From a bacterium (GTDB lineage: Bacteria > Zhuqueibacterota > Zhuqueibacteria > Residuimicrobiales > Krinioviventaceae), in contig CAXXMD010000002.1 in the NCBI GenBank assembly GCA_963675755.2, positions 2,112,001-2,176,000 on the forward strand: 64,000 nucleotides of DNA, written 5' to 3'. The position numbers and the translations under genes were made by a program. The notes beneath the pieces are model-generated. The model made no database searches, had not been told where the DNA came from, and saw only the letters and a program-made list of their open reading frames with translations. The number at the start of each line of letters is the position of its first letter. Within the stretch, counting starts at the first letter, position 1. Below, in pieces: positions 32,001-42,396 of the stretch.

Positions 32001-33235
32001 TTTACGGCATCCGGTCCCAGAGCAGGATTTTGAGAAAGTACCAACCCGGCGGCTGCTGAAACAAAAGGCGCGGCAAATGAAGTTCCGTTCATACTACTGT
32101 AACTATTATCCAAATCCGTTGTCAGAATTTCAGAACCTGGTGCGGTCATGTCCACTGTAGGACCGTAATTTGAAAATCCGGAAATAAAATCATCACTGTC
32201 AGTTGACCCCACGGATATGGTTTCAACAAAAGCTGAGGGATAATGCACAGCATCGGTTGAAGAGTTTCCCGCGCTTGCCACCATCACCACACCCTGCGAA
32301 GCGGCATAACTTACCACATCCTGTACCAAACGGGTAACAAAGACATCTCCCCAACTCATATTGATAATCTGTGCGCCATTTTTAACCGCATACAAAATGG
32401 CAGAAGCCACATCATCTTCTTCACCATTTCCCCCGGCAGTGAATGCTCGTAAAGCCATTACCCGGCATCCGGGTGCGGTTCCGGCAATACCCATATTGTT
32501 GTTTGTTACACCGGCAATAATACCCGAAACTCCTGTCCCATGCCCCATTTCATCCATAGGATCATTGTCACGCTCGAGATAATCTCCACCATCAGGATAG
32601 TTTGGCGCATCTGTAAAATCCCAGCCAAGTATATCGTCCACAAATCCATTATTATCGTCATCAATTCCGTTATGGTCTTCAAAATCTTCAATACCATTAC
32701 CATTCAGGTCTTCACCGGGATTAATCCACACATTTCCCTGCAAATCCTCGTGATTATAATCCACTCCCGTATCAATAACAGCAATCAGCACCTCTTTATC
32801 CCCTTGCTCAATATCCCATGCATCAAATGCTTTTATACGGGACAATGCCCACTGCTCATCGATGCGGCTGTCATTAGGTACATAGTCAAGCCTGAACGAA
32901 CGGTTCGGCTGCACATAAACAACTCCATCCTGATTCTTTAATTGCTCCAGTGCGGATTCAGCATCCTTTTGCGATGTAAACGAGCATGTAATCCAGCTTG
33001 CGAGATACTTTTCGTCCAACGATGAATAGGCATCAACAAACACGGGTTTTACCTTATTAACAGAAAATGCGTTCAATACCTTGTCAACATTGGCAATACC
33101 GGTAGTATTATAAGATGCATTTTGCTTACGCAGCGAATAAACCTCAGGATCAATCTTGATCAACAATTGCTGTGAAAGAGACGTACCCCAAATTATCAAG
33201 ACAGGGATCCATATATGTATAAATTTAATTCTCAT
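29039..33235 (-). CDS. Secreted S8 serine peptidase with FG-GAP repeats, Fn3/Ig domains and a C-terminal sorting domain
   Basis: Catalytic triad VIDTG / GHGTGVSG / GTSFAAP; multiple DxDxDG repeats; C-terminus FPNPY...SGIYIY...GKLAIIR. Confidence 0.9.
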   Translation of the reverse strand: MRIKFIHIWIPVLIIWGTSLSQQLLIKIDPEVYSLRKQNASYNTTGIANVDKVLNAFSVNKVKPVFVDAYSSLDEKYLASWITCSFTSQKDAESALEQLKNQDGVVYVQPNRSFRLDYVPNDSRIDEQWALSRIKAFDAWDIEQGDKEVLIAVIDTGVDYNHEDLQGNVWINPGEDLNGNGIEDFEDHNGIDDDNNGFVDDILGWDFTDAPNYPDGGDYLERDNDPMDEMGHGTGVSGIIAGVTNNNMGIAGTAPGCRVMALRAFTAGGNGEEDDVASAILYAVKNGAQIINMSWGDVFVTRLVQDVVSYAASQGVVMVASAGNSSTDAVHYPSAFVETISVGSTDSDDFISGFSNYGPTVDMTAPGSEILTTDLDNSYSSMNGTSFAAPFVSAAAGLVLSQNPALGPDAVKGRLMSSADDLGTEGTDTYFRAGRLNVLTLVESFLASIVRIDEPTLDQGISENFIDIYGSAWSPMLESYSLSYGVGTNPDSWTLIERIEDKRVLDGYLGSWDPLPGTEGEYTLRLLVENRDGSKVESNTRIFVDKSAPVISNMEIIPMYDSDLHSVLVQFSTDDLCEGSVYYRPFGSDAGFTEAAMAYRTRELRYHLSQSEVTADLEIYVKAVNGVGLESIDDNGGQYYRVNLDKDPTSVTNYSPVNLLLPYGHLLNKTFDYNQNGLPELLFSADEQGNIGEIHFWEYNGEELAETAVIDGNLIPRDMADVTGDGVPELLCGFGFSSYIYTTAEPGGFPVQIFKELTGSSSEQYWASRFADADQDGKAEMIIRYVITEVDRFEIWELQGTDFVSVAALDNVTDGENINGVPHVETGDFDADGYTDILMGDNDGDIYIYENTGDDSYSNVWFDSLPLMDSIDFIRAGDFDGDGEDEFIAGCHSDPNLNTEHFYDARHWYFAVYDKIGNNQYERTAEWRFFGFESVRDFPSGVSCGDLNNDGDDEIILTLFPDLYIVEYQTDAGYVIDYHYQTALSNSCIVTDADKDGRTEFFAGTGEYTRSFNLVGDLTGPAIPVGVSATPLNENQIALNWRNVDGAAAYQVYRGTTPFELFPLALVTENKYMDTSVKTDSLYWYALISVSNDLPAQTSGLSMLVSARSGAKPFLESALAESNQSIRLYFSEPMGDDVKNASHYTLSNGYGRPSSAAIDASGQQVLLSWKEPMEIGTYIVTCNDIADADRTPLDTLRNSATVSISYTPTAPYLAGGILKGNHALELYYSEAMGPSVEIAENYDMGEDIQVVSAELHDDLYVTLVLETDVAFGALGSSYTVRVENVASQTGIPIEAGRGDVLTLLFNRTDLSNVIAFPNPYRPGLGTDKITFGNLTKTAEIRIMTEHGLHVRTLEETDGNGGTDWDLCDEAGNSVASGIYIYRVKNDDQDVLGKLAIIR

Positions 33236-34143
33236 GATTTTTCTTTCAAAATATATACCGGCAAAATGCGTGGAATCAGTATAATTAGCAGTAATAATTT
33301 TATAATACAGGTAGTCATTCTCTCGTAAAATGTTTTATCATATTTCCGGAAATACGCCGCAAATGAGCGGTGCGATGAAACGATCATGGCATCTCTAACC
33401 TGATATATGCTGGCCCCTTTTAAATGATATACAAAAGTATCGTTTGAGAAATATATTCGATCACCATTTTCATAAACCCGTCTGCACCAGTCCACATCAC
33501 TGAAAAACATGGGGAACCGCTCATCCAGCAGTCCATTTTTTTGAAAAACATCTCTATTCATTAAAAGAAACGCACCCTGAGGTTGTTCCACAAATTCTGA
33601 ATGGTTATGATCAAAGTCCGGCATTTTCCAGCGATTAAGTTGAGGGCTCCCGGAAAACATCCTCGACAAACCCAGCAATTCACATACAACATCCATTTTA
33701 CGTGGAAAACGTCTGCATGACGGCTGAATTTCACCCCCGGGATACCGTAATTGCGGAGCAATTACACCCGCATTTTGCATTTTCATCTGTTCAATTAGAA
33801 TTTCAAAAGTATCTTTACGGCAAACAATATCCGGATTCAGAATCAACACATATTCCCCGGTACACAGCTTTAATCCCTGGTTCACACCGCGGGTAAATCC
33901 GGTATTTTGCTTATTTTCAATAAAATTTAATGATGTAAAAGATAAAGAATCTAAAATTTGACGTATTTCAATTACCGTTTCATCCTGACTCTTGTTGTCA
34001 ACAAGAACCAGTTGACTGGTGTAACCTTTTAACGCGTCGGCAAGACTTTTTAATGTCTGTTGGATGTGGGACTGATTATTAAAGGTGACAATAACAATGG
34101 ATATTTGAAATGTAACACTCCCGGACTCTGTATTCACGAGCAT
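33232..34143 (-). CDS. Glycosyltransferase family 2 (WfgS/WbbL-like)
   Basis: Motifs SIVIVTFN, VDNKSQD, NTGF..GVNQG, LNPD, GAFLL, DERFPMFFSDVDWC and HLKGAS. Confidence 0.9.
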   Translation of the reverse strand: MLVNTESGSVTFQISIVIVTFNNQSHIQQTLKSLADALKGYTSQLVLVDNKSQDETVIEIRQILDSLSFTSLNFIENKQNTGFTRGVNQGLKLCTGEYVLILNPDIVCRKDTFEILIEQMKMQNAGVIAPQLRYPGGEIQPSCRRFPRKMDVVCELLGLSRMFSGSPQLNRWKMPDFDHNHSEFVEQPQGAFLLMNRDVFQKNGLLDERFPMFFSDVDWCRRVYENGDRIYFSNDTFVYHLKGASIYQVRDAMIVSSHRSFAAYFRKYDKTFYERMTTCIIKLLLLIILIPRILPVYILKEKS

Positions 34144-34185
34144 ATCTCTTAATAAAAGGCCGTTATTGCTAACGGCCCCAAAATT

Positions 34186-36273
34186 TTATTCATTTTCTTC
34201 GAGTTTTTTGCGCAGGTATTCCAGTTTTGATTGATACCACTCATTTTCAGGACTTTTTTCCAACAGCATTTCAAAAACGTTAATAGCTTTTGCATACTGT
34301 CCCTGAGCAGCATAAATCTCACCCAGTGTAGGGGTAACAAACTTTTCCTTGGGTTTTTCTTCAGAATCATCAGCAGGGGCAGATTCAGCTTGTTTATTGG
34401 AATCATGTGGTTCCGGCGCACTGATAAATTCAGCAGTAGGTTTATCATCTTCATAAAATTCAGTCATACTGGTACGAGGAGTTGCCTCTTCCTGTTCGTA
34501 CTCGCTTACTACTTCGTCTTTAAATTCTTTGGGATCACCCAATCCGGCAAGAAAATCACTGAATTGCTCTTCATCTTCATCAATCTCATCATCTTCCTGA
34601 ACATGGACTGCACTCGTCTCAACATCTTCCTGAGAATCGTCCTCTTCAAAAGCCATAAATCCATCTGGAATATGGGGTTCTTCTGCCTGAGTATCCATTC
34701 CTTCCTGTTCAGGAATCAACTCTGCCTCTTCGGCTTTTGTCATTAAAAGATCTTCAGGTGAGGCATCATCATCCTCATCATCCGTATCAGTATCAAAAAA
34801 TGCATTGGCTGCCAGATCATCATCTATCTGCATTTCATCAAAATTATAAGAATCATCCAGTTCTGAAGTACCTTCAGATTCGGTAATAACTTGTTCCAGT
34901 TTATCACGAGTTTCAGATTCCTTGCGTTCTTCTTCTTCTACATCCTGACTGAAAATACCATCAAGTATATCTGAATATTTATCACTTTCTTCCCGAACAG
35001 AGTCATTTGCTACATGAGGCATATCTTCTTCTTCATCAAATGCAGCCTCTGGCTCTTCACGGGTCAATATAGGTTGTTCCGAAAGACTTTCTTCAATTTC
35101 TGGTTGCTCAAATTCTGTTTCTCGCTGTTCAAATTCCGTTTCATCTGGTGTTTCAAAAAATGTTTCTGATTCCATTTCAGTTTCAGTTTGATCATCATCG
35201 GTGGCAAACAGTTGCATATCATCGTCATCATCCGATGCGGTCATGGGAAAGATACTATCTTCCTGAGCGCCACCAAATATATCATCAGTAGAAGGTTGTA
35301 TATTCTCAGCAACCATTTCATCATCTATAACATCCTGATCAAGTTCAGGCTCTTCAGTTTCGGGCAAAACAAATTCTTCTGTTTTATCTTCAACAGTCGG
35401 GAATGCCTGGGTAAAGGTTTCCTGTTCTTCAGATGCATCAACACCAAAAGTTTCCGTTTCCGAAAACGATTCTGTTTCGTCTGCAACAGAAAATATATCA
35501 TCAAACTGTTCATCATCCTGATCTTCAGTTACCATTGTATCCTGAAAAACAGAATCAGATTCTACTTCAAACTCATCATCTGAACTTTCAGATTCATTTT
35601 CAAAAAGGGCTTCAACTGTTTCATCAGCCAGACGATACTCATCCATATCAGTATCTTGAATATCCTCTGCCACATCAGCATCCAGTTCCATACTGGTATC
35701 AGAAAAATTATCTTCCTGTTCATCACCAAAAATGGATTCAATGGTTGCGTCACTGTCTTCCGCGGATGCCCCAAACATTTCGTCTACTGGTTCCTGCTCA
35801 TGGATTATATCATCATCTTCAGAAACCGGTTCAATATTTACACCCGGTTCTGCAGAACGTTGAACTTCAAACGTAAAATTCCCAAGAGACTCTTTCATAT
35901 GAGTTTCAAGCGGATCAATTTCCAGTATTTTCTCATAACTGGTTTCTGCCGAGTTGGCCCAGCCGGTATGTGTCATCAAATCACCATACAATTTATGTGC
36001 GGTGAGATGATTGGATTGAATAGACAAGAGTCTTCTAAATTCCTGGTCCGCTTGTTCAAAGTCACTGGTTTTCATAAAACATTTAGCCAAAACCAAATGC
36101 GCATTTGAATATTCAGGGTGTTCTTCAAGTCCACGATTGCAGATATCTATCGCCTGATCATATTCTTCCATCTGCATGTAACGTTCAGCAAGTCTGGCAA
36201 AAAGCATGGATTGAGGATTCAACTCGATACGTTTTTGCAGCCACTTTATTTCATCTGTTAAATTCTTGAACAT
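34186..36273 (-). CDS. TPR protein with a long Asp/Glu-rich linker and a C-terminal TPR
   Basis: N-terminal TPRs (FARLAERY, AHLVLAKC), about 500 aa of highly acidic low-complexity sequence, and C-terminal FVTPTLGEIYAAQGQYAKAINVF. Confidence 0.8.
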   Translation of the reverse strand: MFKNLTDEIKWLQKRIELNPQSMLFARLAERYMQMEEYDQAIDICNRGLEEHPEYSNAHLVLAKCFMKTSDFEQADQEFRRLLSIQSNHLTAHKLYGDLMTHTGWANSAETSYEKILEIDPLETHMKESLGNFTFEVQRSAEPGVNIEPVSEDDDIIHEQEPVDEMFGASAEDSDATIESIFGDEQEDNFSDTSMELDADVAEDIQDTDMDEYRLADETVEALFENESESSDDEFEVESDSVFQDTMVTEDQDDEQFDDIFSVADETESFSETETFGVDASEEQETFTQAFPTVEDKTEEFVLPETEEPELDQDVIDDEMVAENIQPSTDDIFGGAQEDSIFPMTASDDDDDMQLFATDDDQTETEMESETFFETPDETEFEQRETEFEQPEIEESLSEQPILTREEPEAAFDEEEDMPHVANDSVREESDKYSDILDGIFSQDVEEEERKESETRDKLEQVITESEGTSELDDSYNFDEMQIDDDLAANAFFDTDTDDEDDDASPEDLLMTKAEEAELIPEQEGMDTQAEEPHIPDGFMAFEEDDSQEDVETSAVHVQEDDEIDEDEEQFSDFLAGLGDPKEFKDEVVSEYEQEEATPRTSMTEFYEDDKPTAEFISAPEPHDSNKQAESAPADDSEEKPKEKFVTPTLGEIYAAQGQYAKAINVFEMLLEKSPENEWYQSKLEYLRKKLEENE

Positions 36274-36365
36274 AATATCACCCTTATGCAATACAATCTA
36301 AAAAAATTTACGTTATTCATAATAAAAATGCAACAAATTTCTATAAAATCAATATGTTACTCTAC

Positions 36366-36860
36366 TTACCACCCCGAAACGGTTTTATTTAAAATTTCTT
36401 CACTTGTTTTTTCGATGGCTTCGGTAATTGCGGTTAGCCGTCCATCTGCACCTTCTGCTGGATCATAGGTGCCAAACTGGGTTAAACGTTCTTCCCACAT
36501 GACCTGTCGTTTTACCTGGTCCGTGCACTTTATCTTGACAGTAACATATATTTTCAGGTCTTCTACTTCTTCTGATTGTGTATAAGCGCCAGCCCGGTCA
36601 TCAATACGGATGATGGATCCCTCTACCAAGACATCCGAACTACCCCGCTCCGAAATCTTTAATGAACCGTCACGTGTAAACTCGTCAATCAGTGTATCTG
36701 TCATCTCTTCAGCAACACCAAATTCCGCAGTCCGGTTATCAAACAAAGGGATTGCAACCGTGTTCAAATGTGGGGGCAATGATCCCGAAAAGGAATAAAA
36801 GCCACAGTGCATTACAGTAATCAGTGTTAAGGTTGTCAAAATATATACTATTTTTTTCAT
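36366..36860 (-). CDS. lptE: LptE family lipoprotein (LPS assembly)
   Basis: Lipobox-like MHC followed by GFYSFSGSLPPHLNTVAIPLFDNRT, ending in W; this is the FCB-type LptE pattern. Confidence 0.8.
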   Translation of the reverse strand: MKKIVYILTTLTLITVMHCGFYSFSGSLPPHLNTVAIPLFDNRTAEFGVAEEMTDTLIDEFTRDGSLKISERGSSDVLVEGSIIRIDDRAGAYTQSEEVEDLKIYVTVKIKCTDQVKRQVMWEERLTQFGTYDPAEGADGRLTAITEAIEKTSEEILNKTVSGW

Positions 36861-38047
36861 TTTTCACGTAAACCATATTGATTAATTTTCCGATACAAGG
36901 TGCGCTCACTTAATCCCAGTATCTGTGCAGCCTTGCGCTTGCTGCCTCCTGTTTTTTGCAGCGTTTTTTCAATCAACTGTCTTTCCATATCTGCAACCGA
37001 AGTCTGATCAACTGGCGGTTGTGGATTCGGTTGTGAATATTCATTGGGCAATTCATCCCGCCAGGCACCTAACCTGTAGGGTAGAGCGCTTCCACCAGCC
37101 AGAATTATTTCACGCAATTGAGCAATCTCGTCCTTGATCTCTAACAACACCCTGAATAAAAACTCGCGTTCCATTTCATCTTTGGGTTTATTCAAAGGAA
37201 CAGGCAGACTTTTGTCATAGGGTTCTTCCTGAGGAAGATACTTGTCTAACACAAATTCGTCTATTTTTCGTCCCCGTTCAAGAACAATAACCTTTTCAAC
37301 AAGATTTTTCAGCTCTCGTATATTACCCGGCCAACTGTACTCTTGCAGCCTGAATATGGAATTGGGAGCAAATCCCTGAAACTCGATCAGGTTCTCACGG
37401 CTAAATTCCGAAGCAAATTTCTTGACCAGTACCGGAATATCTTCACGTCGTTCACGCAAACTTGGCACTTTGACGTGCATGGCGTTTAAGCGATAAAATA
37501 AATCCTGACGAAAATTGCCTTTTCTGACCTCTTCTTCCAGGTTCCGGTTGGTTGCGGCAATGAACCGTATATCTACTTTATGCAATTCTGAACCACCCAC
37601 ACGGATGAATTCGCGGCCTTCAAGTACTCTTAATAACTTTACCTGAATAGACAGGGGTAGCTCCCCTATCTCGTCCAGGAAAATACTGCCGGTGTCTGCC
37701 AGTTCAAAATACCCTTTTCTTGGGCCAACAGCCCCGGTGAACGATCCCTTTTCGTGCCCAAACAATTCAGACTCGAGAATGCCTTCGGGAATCGCTCCAC
37801 AGTTGACGGTAATCAACGGTGCGCTGTGCCGTTTACTTAGATTGTGCACAGCTTTGGCAACCAGCTCTTTACCGGTACCGCTTTCTCCTGTGATCAATAC
37901 AGAGATATCCGTAGGAGCGACCTGGTCCAGAGTCTCCAGCATTTGACGGACTTTATCAGAATCTCCAAGAATACCAACATGATCCTGGATTTCCCGCCAG
38001 TGTTCAAAATGCTTTAAACCATTGTCATATGTTTCAGTGCTGTTCAC
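36857..38047 (-). CDS. sigma54-dependent AAA+ transcriptional activator (Fis HTH, no receiver domain)
   Basis: Motifs GESGTGKE, ESELFGHEKGSFTGA, FLDEIGE, FRQDLFYRL, WPGNIREL and the HTH AAQILGLSERTLYRK. Confidence 0.93.
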   Translation of the reverse strand: MNSTETYDNGLKHFEHWREIQDHVGILGDSDKVRQMLETLDQVAPTDISVLITGESGTGKELVAKAVHNLSKRHSAPLITVNCGAIPEGILESELFGHEKGSFTGAVGPRKGYFELADTGSIFLDEIGELPLSIQVKLLRVLEGREFIRVGGSELHKVDIRFIAATNRNLEEEVRKGNFRQDLFYRLNAMHVKVPSLRERREDIPVLVKKFASEFSRENLIEFQGFAPNSIFRLQEYSWPGNIRELKNLVEKVIVLERGRKIDEFVLDKYLPQEEPYDKSLPVPLNKPKDEMEREFLFRVLLEIKDEIAQLREIILAGGSALPYRLGAWRDELPNEYSQPNPQPPVDQTSVADMERQLIEKTLQKTGGSKRKAAQILGLSERTLYRKINQYGLREK

Positions 38048-38065
38048 AATATATACCTGTTTTTG

Positions 38066-38989
38066 TTATATTTCATATTTCTTGAAATATTCTACGGTTT
38101 CTTTTAAACCTTCCTGCAGGGAAGTTTTGGGTTCCCAACCAAGCGTTTTCTTGATTTTTTCATAGGAAACAACGCTTCTAAACTGTTCACCTTCTTTACC
38201 GGGACCATGTTGTTCATCCAGGTTGGCTCCGGTTTCTGTGCTCAGAATACGATAAACATCATTAATGGTACTTTCAATGCTGGTGCCCACATTAAAAATA
38301 TTGCTTTCTTCATTTTGTAATGCCAGTACGTTAGCACGTACAACATCTTTCACAAACACAAAGTCTCTTGTCTGTTCACCGTTACCATTTATAACCGGCT
38401 GCTGTTTTTCCAGCAGCATTTTGATAAAAATAGCGACAACACCTGCTTCACCATGCGGATTCTGACGGGGGCCATAAACATTGGCATAACGCAATGCAGT
38501 ATATTTCATTCCATAATTCAGAGCATAGAAAAACAAATACTTTTCACCTACCAGCTTGGTAATACCATAGGGGCTATAAGGCTGCAGTTTGTGTTCTTCA
38601 TCCGCGGGAAAGTAATCCTGCTCACCGTAAATAGCACCACCGGAAGAAGAAAAGATCACCTTTTTAACTCCGTTTTTGGCACTGTTTTGCAGAATATTGA
38701 TAAAACCCAATACATTGTTCTTTGCATCATAGATAGGGTCTTCTACGGATTTTCTCACATCCATTTGGGCTGCATGGTGGTTTACCACATCGATACGGTG
38801 TTTTTGAAAAATCTCTTCAACCTCAGGATCCTGTATATTGGCACAGATAAATTCTGCGTTTTTATTGACATTCTCCAGACGACCGGTGGAAAGATCATCC
38901 AGTATGATCACCTTGTGACCTTCTTCGATATATGCATCAGCAATTTGCGAAGCGATAAATCCGGCCCCGCCTGTTACCAGTATATTCAT
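38066..38989 (-). CDS. NAD-dependent epimerase/dehydratase (UDP-glucose 4-epimerase-like)
   Basis: Motifs TGGAGFI, HHAAQMDVRKSV, SSSGGAIYG, YGITK, LRYANVYGPRQ and QTRDFV. Confidence 0.9.
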   Translation of the reverse strand: MNILVTGGAGFIASQIADAYIEEGHKVIILDDLSTGRLENVNKNAEFICANIQDPEVEEIFQKHRIDVVNHHAAQMDVRKSVEDPIYDAKNNVLGFINILQNSAKNGVKKVIFSSSGGAIYGEQDYFPADEEHKLQPYSPYGITKLVGEKYLFFYALNYGMKYTALRYANVYGPRQNPHGEAGVVAIFIKMLLEKQQPVINGNGEQTRDFVFVKDVVRANVLALQNEESNIFNVGTSIESTINDVYRILSTETGANLDEQHGPGKEGEQFRSVVSYEKIKKTLGWEPKTSLQEGLKETVEYFKKYEI

Positions 38990-38999
38990 AATTATGCTC

Positions 39000-40265
39000 C
39001 TATTTTAATGCGCGCCAGGCGATATCACGACGATAGTATGCGCCATCAAAGGCAATTTTTCCAACACCCTTGTATACCTTATCGATTGCTTGTTTTATAT
39101 TGTCACCGGTAGCGGTTACGCCCAATACACGTCCGCCATTGGTAACAACTTTATCTCCTTCAAAACGTGTTCCCGCATGAAAGACCATTACATTGTCATC
39201 GATACGGCCATCAAGACCTAAAATTTCTTTACCGTTTTCATATTTACCCGGGTACCCGCCGGATGCAATAACCACACATACCGCGGCACTGTCATGATTT
39301 TCAAAATCCAGATCTTTTAACGTACCGTCTCGGGATGCCATCATGGCTTCCAAAAGATCGGTTTTAACCAGCGGTAAAACAGCCTGAGTCTCGGGATCTC
39401 CAAAGCGGCAATTGTATTCCAAAACTTTGGGACCACTCTGGGTCAACATTAAACCCGCGTACAAGACACCCTTGTAGGGACGTCCTTCAAGCGCCAGCCC
39501 CTTTAATGTAGGTTCCATGATTGTTTTTTTAATGTGGTCCATCATGGCATCATCAATATACGGAGTGGGGGCATACGCACCCATACCACCGGTATTTGGT
39601 CCCTCATCCTGATCAAAGATCCGCTTGTGGTCTTGTGAGGGGGTAAGGTAAACCATGTTTTCGCCATCTGCAATGGCAAGCACAGACACTTCAGGACCTT
39701 CCATATACTCTTCAATCACCACTTTGCGGCCCGCTTCACCAAATGCGTTCTGTTTCATAATCAGATCAATGGCTTCAAAAGCCTGTTCACGAGTCATGCA
39801 AACAATGGCGCCTTTACCGGCAGCCAAACCATCCGCTTTGACTACAATGGGAATGACACTGTTTTCAAGGTACTGACGTGCTTCATTATACTCTGTAAAC
39901 ACTTTATAAGTTGCAGTTGGAATATCATATTTATCCAGCAGGTATTTGCAAAAAGTTTTACTGCCTTCAAGCTCTGCGGCTTTTTCACTGGGACCAAAAA
40001 CAGGCATACTGTTTTTCTCAAATTCATCAACAATACCCATTACCAACGGAAGTTCAGGACCTATCACTGTAAAGTCTACATTCTTTTCCATGGCAAACTG
40101 TAATAATCCCTTTATATCCGTAACGGAAATGTCTCTGCATTCTGCAAGTTGAGCAATACCCGCGTTACCCGGTGCACAAAACACATTGGTAACCAGTTCA
40201 CTCTGTTTCAACTTCCAAACCAAAGCATGTTCACGGCCGCCGCCGCCAACAACCAGTATATTCAT
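39000..40265 (-). CDS. purD: Phosphoribosylamine--glycine ligase
   Basis: Motifs GGGGREHAL, PGNAG, LEGSK, KADGLAAGKG, QDHKR, GPNTGGMGAY and EYNCRFGDPETQ. Confidence 0.97.
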   Translation of the reverse strand: MNILVVGGGGREHALVWKLKQSELVTNVFCAPGNAGIAQLAECRDISVTDIKGLLQFAMEKNVDFTVIGPELPLVMGIVDEFEKNSMPVFGPSEKAAELEGSKTFCKYLLDKYDIPTATYKVFTEYNEARQYLENSVIPIVVKADGLAAGKGAIVCMTREQAFEAIDLIMKQNAFGEAGRKVVIEEYMEGPEVSVLAIADGENMVYLTPSQDHKRIFDQDEGPNTGGMGAYAPTPYIDDAMMDHIKKTIMEPTLKGLALEGRPYKGVLYAGLMLTQSGPKVLEYNCRFGDPETQAVLPLVKTDLLEAMMASRDGTLKDLDFENHDSAAVCVVIASGGYPGKYENGKEILGLDGRIDDNVMVFHAGTRFEGDKVVTNGGRVLGVTATGDNIKQAIDKVYKGVGKIAFDGAYYRRDIAWRALK

Positions 40266-40292
40266 TTTTGGTCCTTTCAAATAAATTTCAGA

Positions 40293-42341
40293 TTAATATT
40301 TGACCCGTTTTCCTCTACCCGTACGGGGATTCAGTGCACCGCTGTTCAAATCCTGAATACGGTCACGTAAATCCGCTGCTTTTTCAAATTCCATATGTGA
40401 CGCCGCTTCATACATCTGGTGCTCTAACTGAAGCAGGTATTCGTTCTTTTCTTCAAAAGAGAGTTTTTTCCAGTTCTCTTTGAATTGTTTTTCTTCATCC
40501 GCAGATTGCTTTTTACCATAGGGTGCCGGTTTGGCATCTGCAACCCGTGTTGCGCCCATTACCGCTTCGATGGATTTCATAATGGTTGTGGGCGTTATAT
40601 TATGTTCTTCATTGTATTTCTGTTGAATGGCACGACGACGATTGGTCTCGTCTATGGCAACCTGCATGGAATCCGTTACCTTGTCCGCATAAAATATAAC
40701 AATACCCTCTGAATTTCGCGCAGCTCTTCCTGCAGTCTGTATCAACGATCGTGCCGAACGTAAATAGCCTTCCTTGTCCGCATCCAGTATTGCCACCAGC
40801 GAAACTTCGGGCAAATCCAATCCCTCTCGCAGCAGGTTAATACCCACCAATACGTCAAACTCGCCCAAACGCAGATCACGCAAAATGGCCATACGGTCCA
40901 ACGCGTCTATTTCCGAGTGCATATACCGCACCCGAATGCCAATACCCGCCAGGTAATCGGTCAGGTCTTCCGACATACGCTTGGTCAATGTGGTTACCAG
41001 TACACGCTCGTTCTTGTCCGCGCGAATATTAATCTCGTGTACCAGATCGTCGATCTGCCCTTTGACAGGACGTATTACAATCTGGGGATCCATAAGTCCG
41101 GTGGGACGAATGATCTGTTCAGACACAACACCATTACACTTTTCCATCTCATAATCCGCAGGCGTTGCAGATACAAAGACGACTTTGTCTATTACTTTTT
41201 CAAATTCATCAAAATTTAACGGACGGTTATCCAGCGCCGATGGCAGCCGAAAACCGTGCTCTACCAGTGTTTCTTTACGGGACCGGTCACCAAAATACAT
41301 GCCCCTGAACTGCGGAACCGACACGTGCGACTCGTCAATGATCATTAAAAAATCATCCGGAAAATAATCGATCAGCGTATACGGCCTCTCACCCGCTTTT
41401 CGTCCGGACAAATGCCGCGAATAGTTTTCGATACCCGAGCAAAAGCCGATTTCCTGCATCATCTCGATATCGTAACGGGTTTTCGACTCCAGTCGCTGTG
41501 CCTCTACCAGCTTGTTCTCTTTGCGGAACTTTATCAATTGCTGGTCCAGTTCTTCTTCTATATCTGTAATGGCTTTTTGAAGTTGCGTATAGGGGGTTAC
41601 AAAATGCTTGGCGGGAAAGATGGCCACATTGGGACGACGACTTTTAATCTCGCCGGTAATCGTGTCTACAATCGAGATTTCTTCAATCTCGTCGCCAAAC
41701 ATCTCGATACGGATTGCCTCTTTTTCATACGCGGGGATCAGTTCAATCACATCACCACGCACCCGGAACGTACCGCGCTCAAACGCAATATCGTTACGGC
41801 TGTACTGGATCTCTACCAGCTTGCGCAGGATCTCATCCCGATCGATCCGCTGTCCCACATTCAGGAACAAAAGCATCTGCTTCCAGGTCTCCGGTGTTCC
41901 CAAACCATATATACACGAAACCGACGCGACAATAATTACATCACTGCGGGTCATCAAAGAACTGGTGGCCTTTAACCGCAATCGATCAATCTCGTCATTG
42001 ATAGACGTATCTTTTTCGATATAGGTATCCGTAGACGGCAGATACGCTTCCGGCTGGTAATAATCGTAATAACTGATAAAATATTCTACCGCATTGTCGG
42101 GGAAAAAGCTTTTAAACTCTCCGTACAACTGGGCCGCCAGGGTCTTGTTGTGCGAAATTACCAATGTGGGACGGTTATAGCGGGCAATCACATTCGCCAT
42201 GGTATAAGTTTTACCGCTACCGGTAACTCCCAGCAGCGTTTGAAACTTTTCACCCTGCTCCAGTCCCTGTGTCAGCTCATTTACTGCCTGCGGCTGATCA
42301 CCCTGTAATTTATAATCTGATACTAGCTTAAATTTATCCAT
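40293..42341 (-). CDS. uvrB: Excinuclease ABC subunit B
   Basis: Motifs [45 protein letters not shown] and a C-terminal UVR domain. Start ATG GAT AAA at 42341. Confidence 0.98.
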   Translation of the reverse strand: MDKFKLVSDYKLQGDQPQAVNELTQGLEQGEKFQTLLGVTGSGKTYTMANVIARYNRPTLVISHNKTLAAQLYGEFKSFFPDNAVEYFISYYDYYQPEAYLPSTDTYIEKDTSINDEIDRLRLKATSSLMTRSDVIIVASVSCIYGLGTPETWKQMLLFLNVGQRIDRDEILRKLVEIQYSRNDIAFERGTFRVRGDVIELIPAYEKEAIRIEMFGDEIEEISIVDTITGEIKSRRPNVAIFPAKHFVTPYTQLQKAITDIEEELDQQLIKFRKENKLVEAQRLESKTRYDIEMMQEIGFCSGIENYSRHLSGRKAGERPYTLIDYFPDDFLMIIDESHVSVPQFRGMYFGDRSRKETLVEHGFRLPSALDNRPLNFDEFEKVIDKVVFVSATPADYEMEKCNGVVSEQIIRPTGLMDPQIVIRPVKGQIDDLVHEINIRADKNERVLVTTLTKRMSEDLTDYLAGIGIRVRYMHSEIDALDRMAILRDLRLGEFDVLVGINLLREGLDLPEVSLVAILDADKEGYLRSARSLIQTAGRAARNSEGIVIFYADKVTDSMQVAIDETNRRRAIQQKYNEEHNITPTTIMKSIEAVMGATRVADAKPAPYGKKQSADEEKQFKENWKKLSFEEKNEYLLQLEHQMYEAASHMEFEKAADLRDRIQDLNSGALNPRTGRGKRVKY

Positions 42342-42396
42342 AACTCTATTAAAATATGAGAATTGCGTATTTATCCAATATAAAAAATCTGACAAC

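Noticed and set aside
8065-41975. Long antisense or shadow ORFs (e.g. 8065-8703, 30476-31240, 38453-39112, 41412-41975)
   Set aside because: They lie entirely opposite well-supported genes, show no motifs, and are expected from codon bias.
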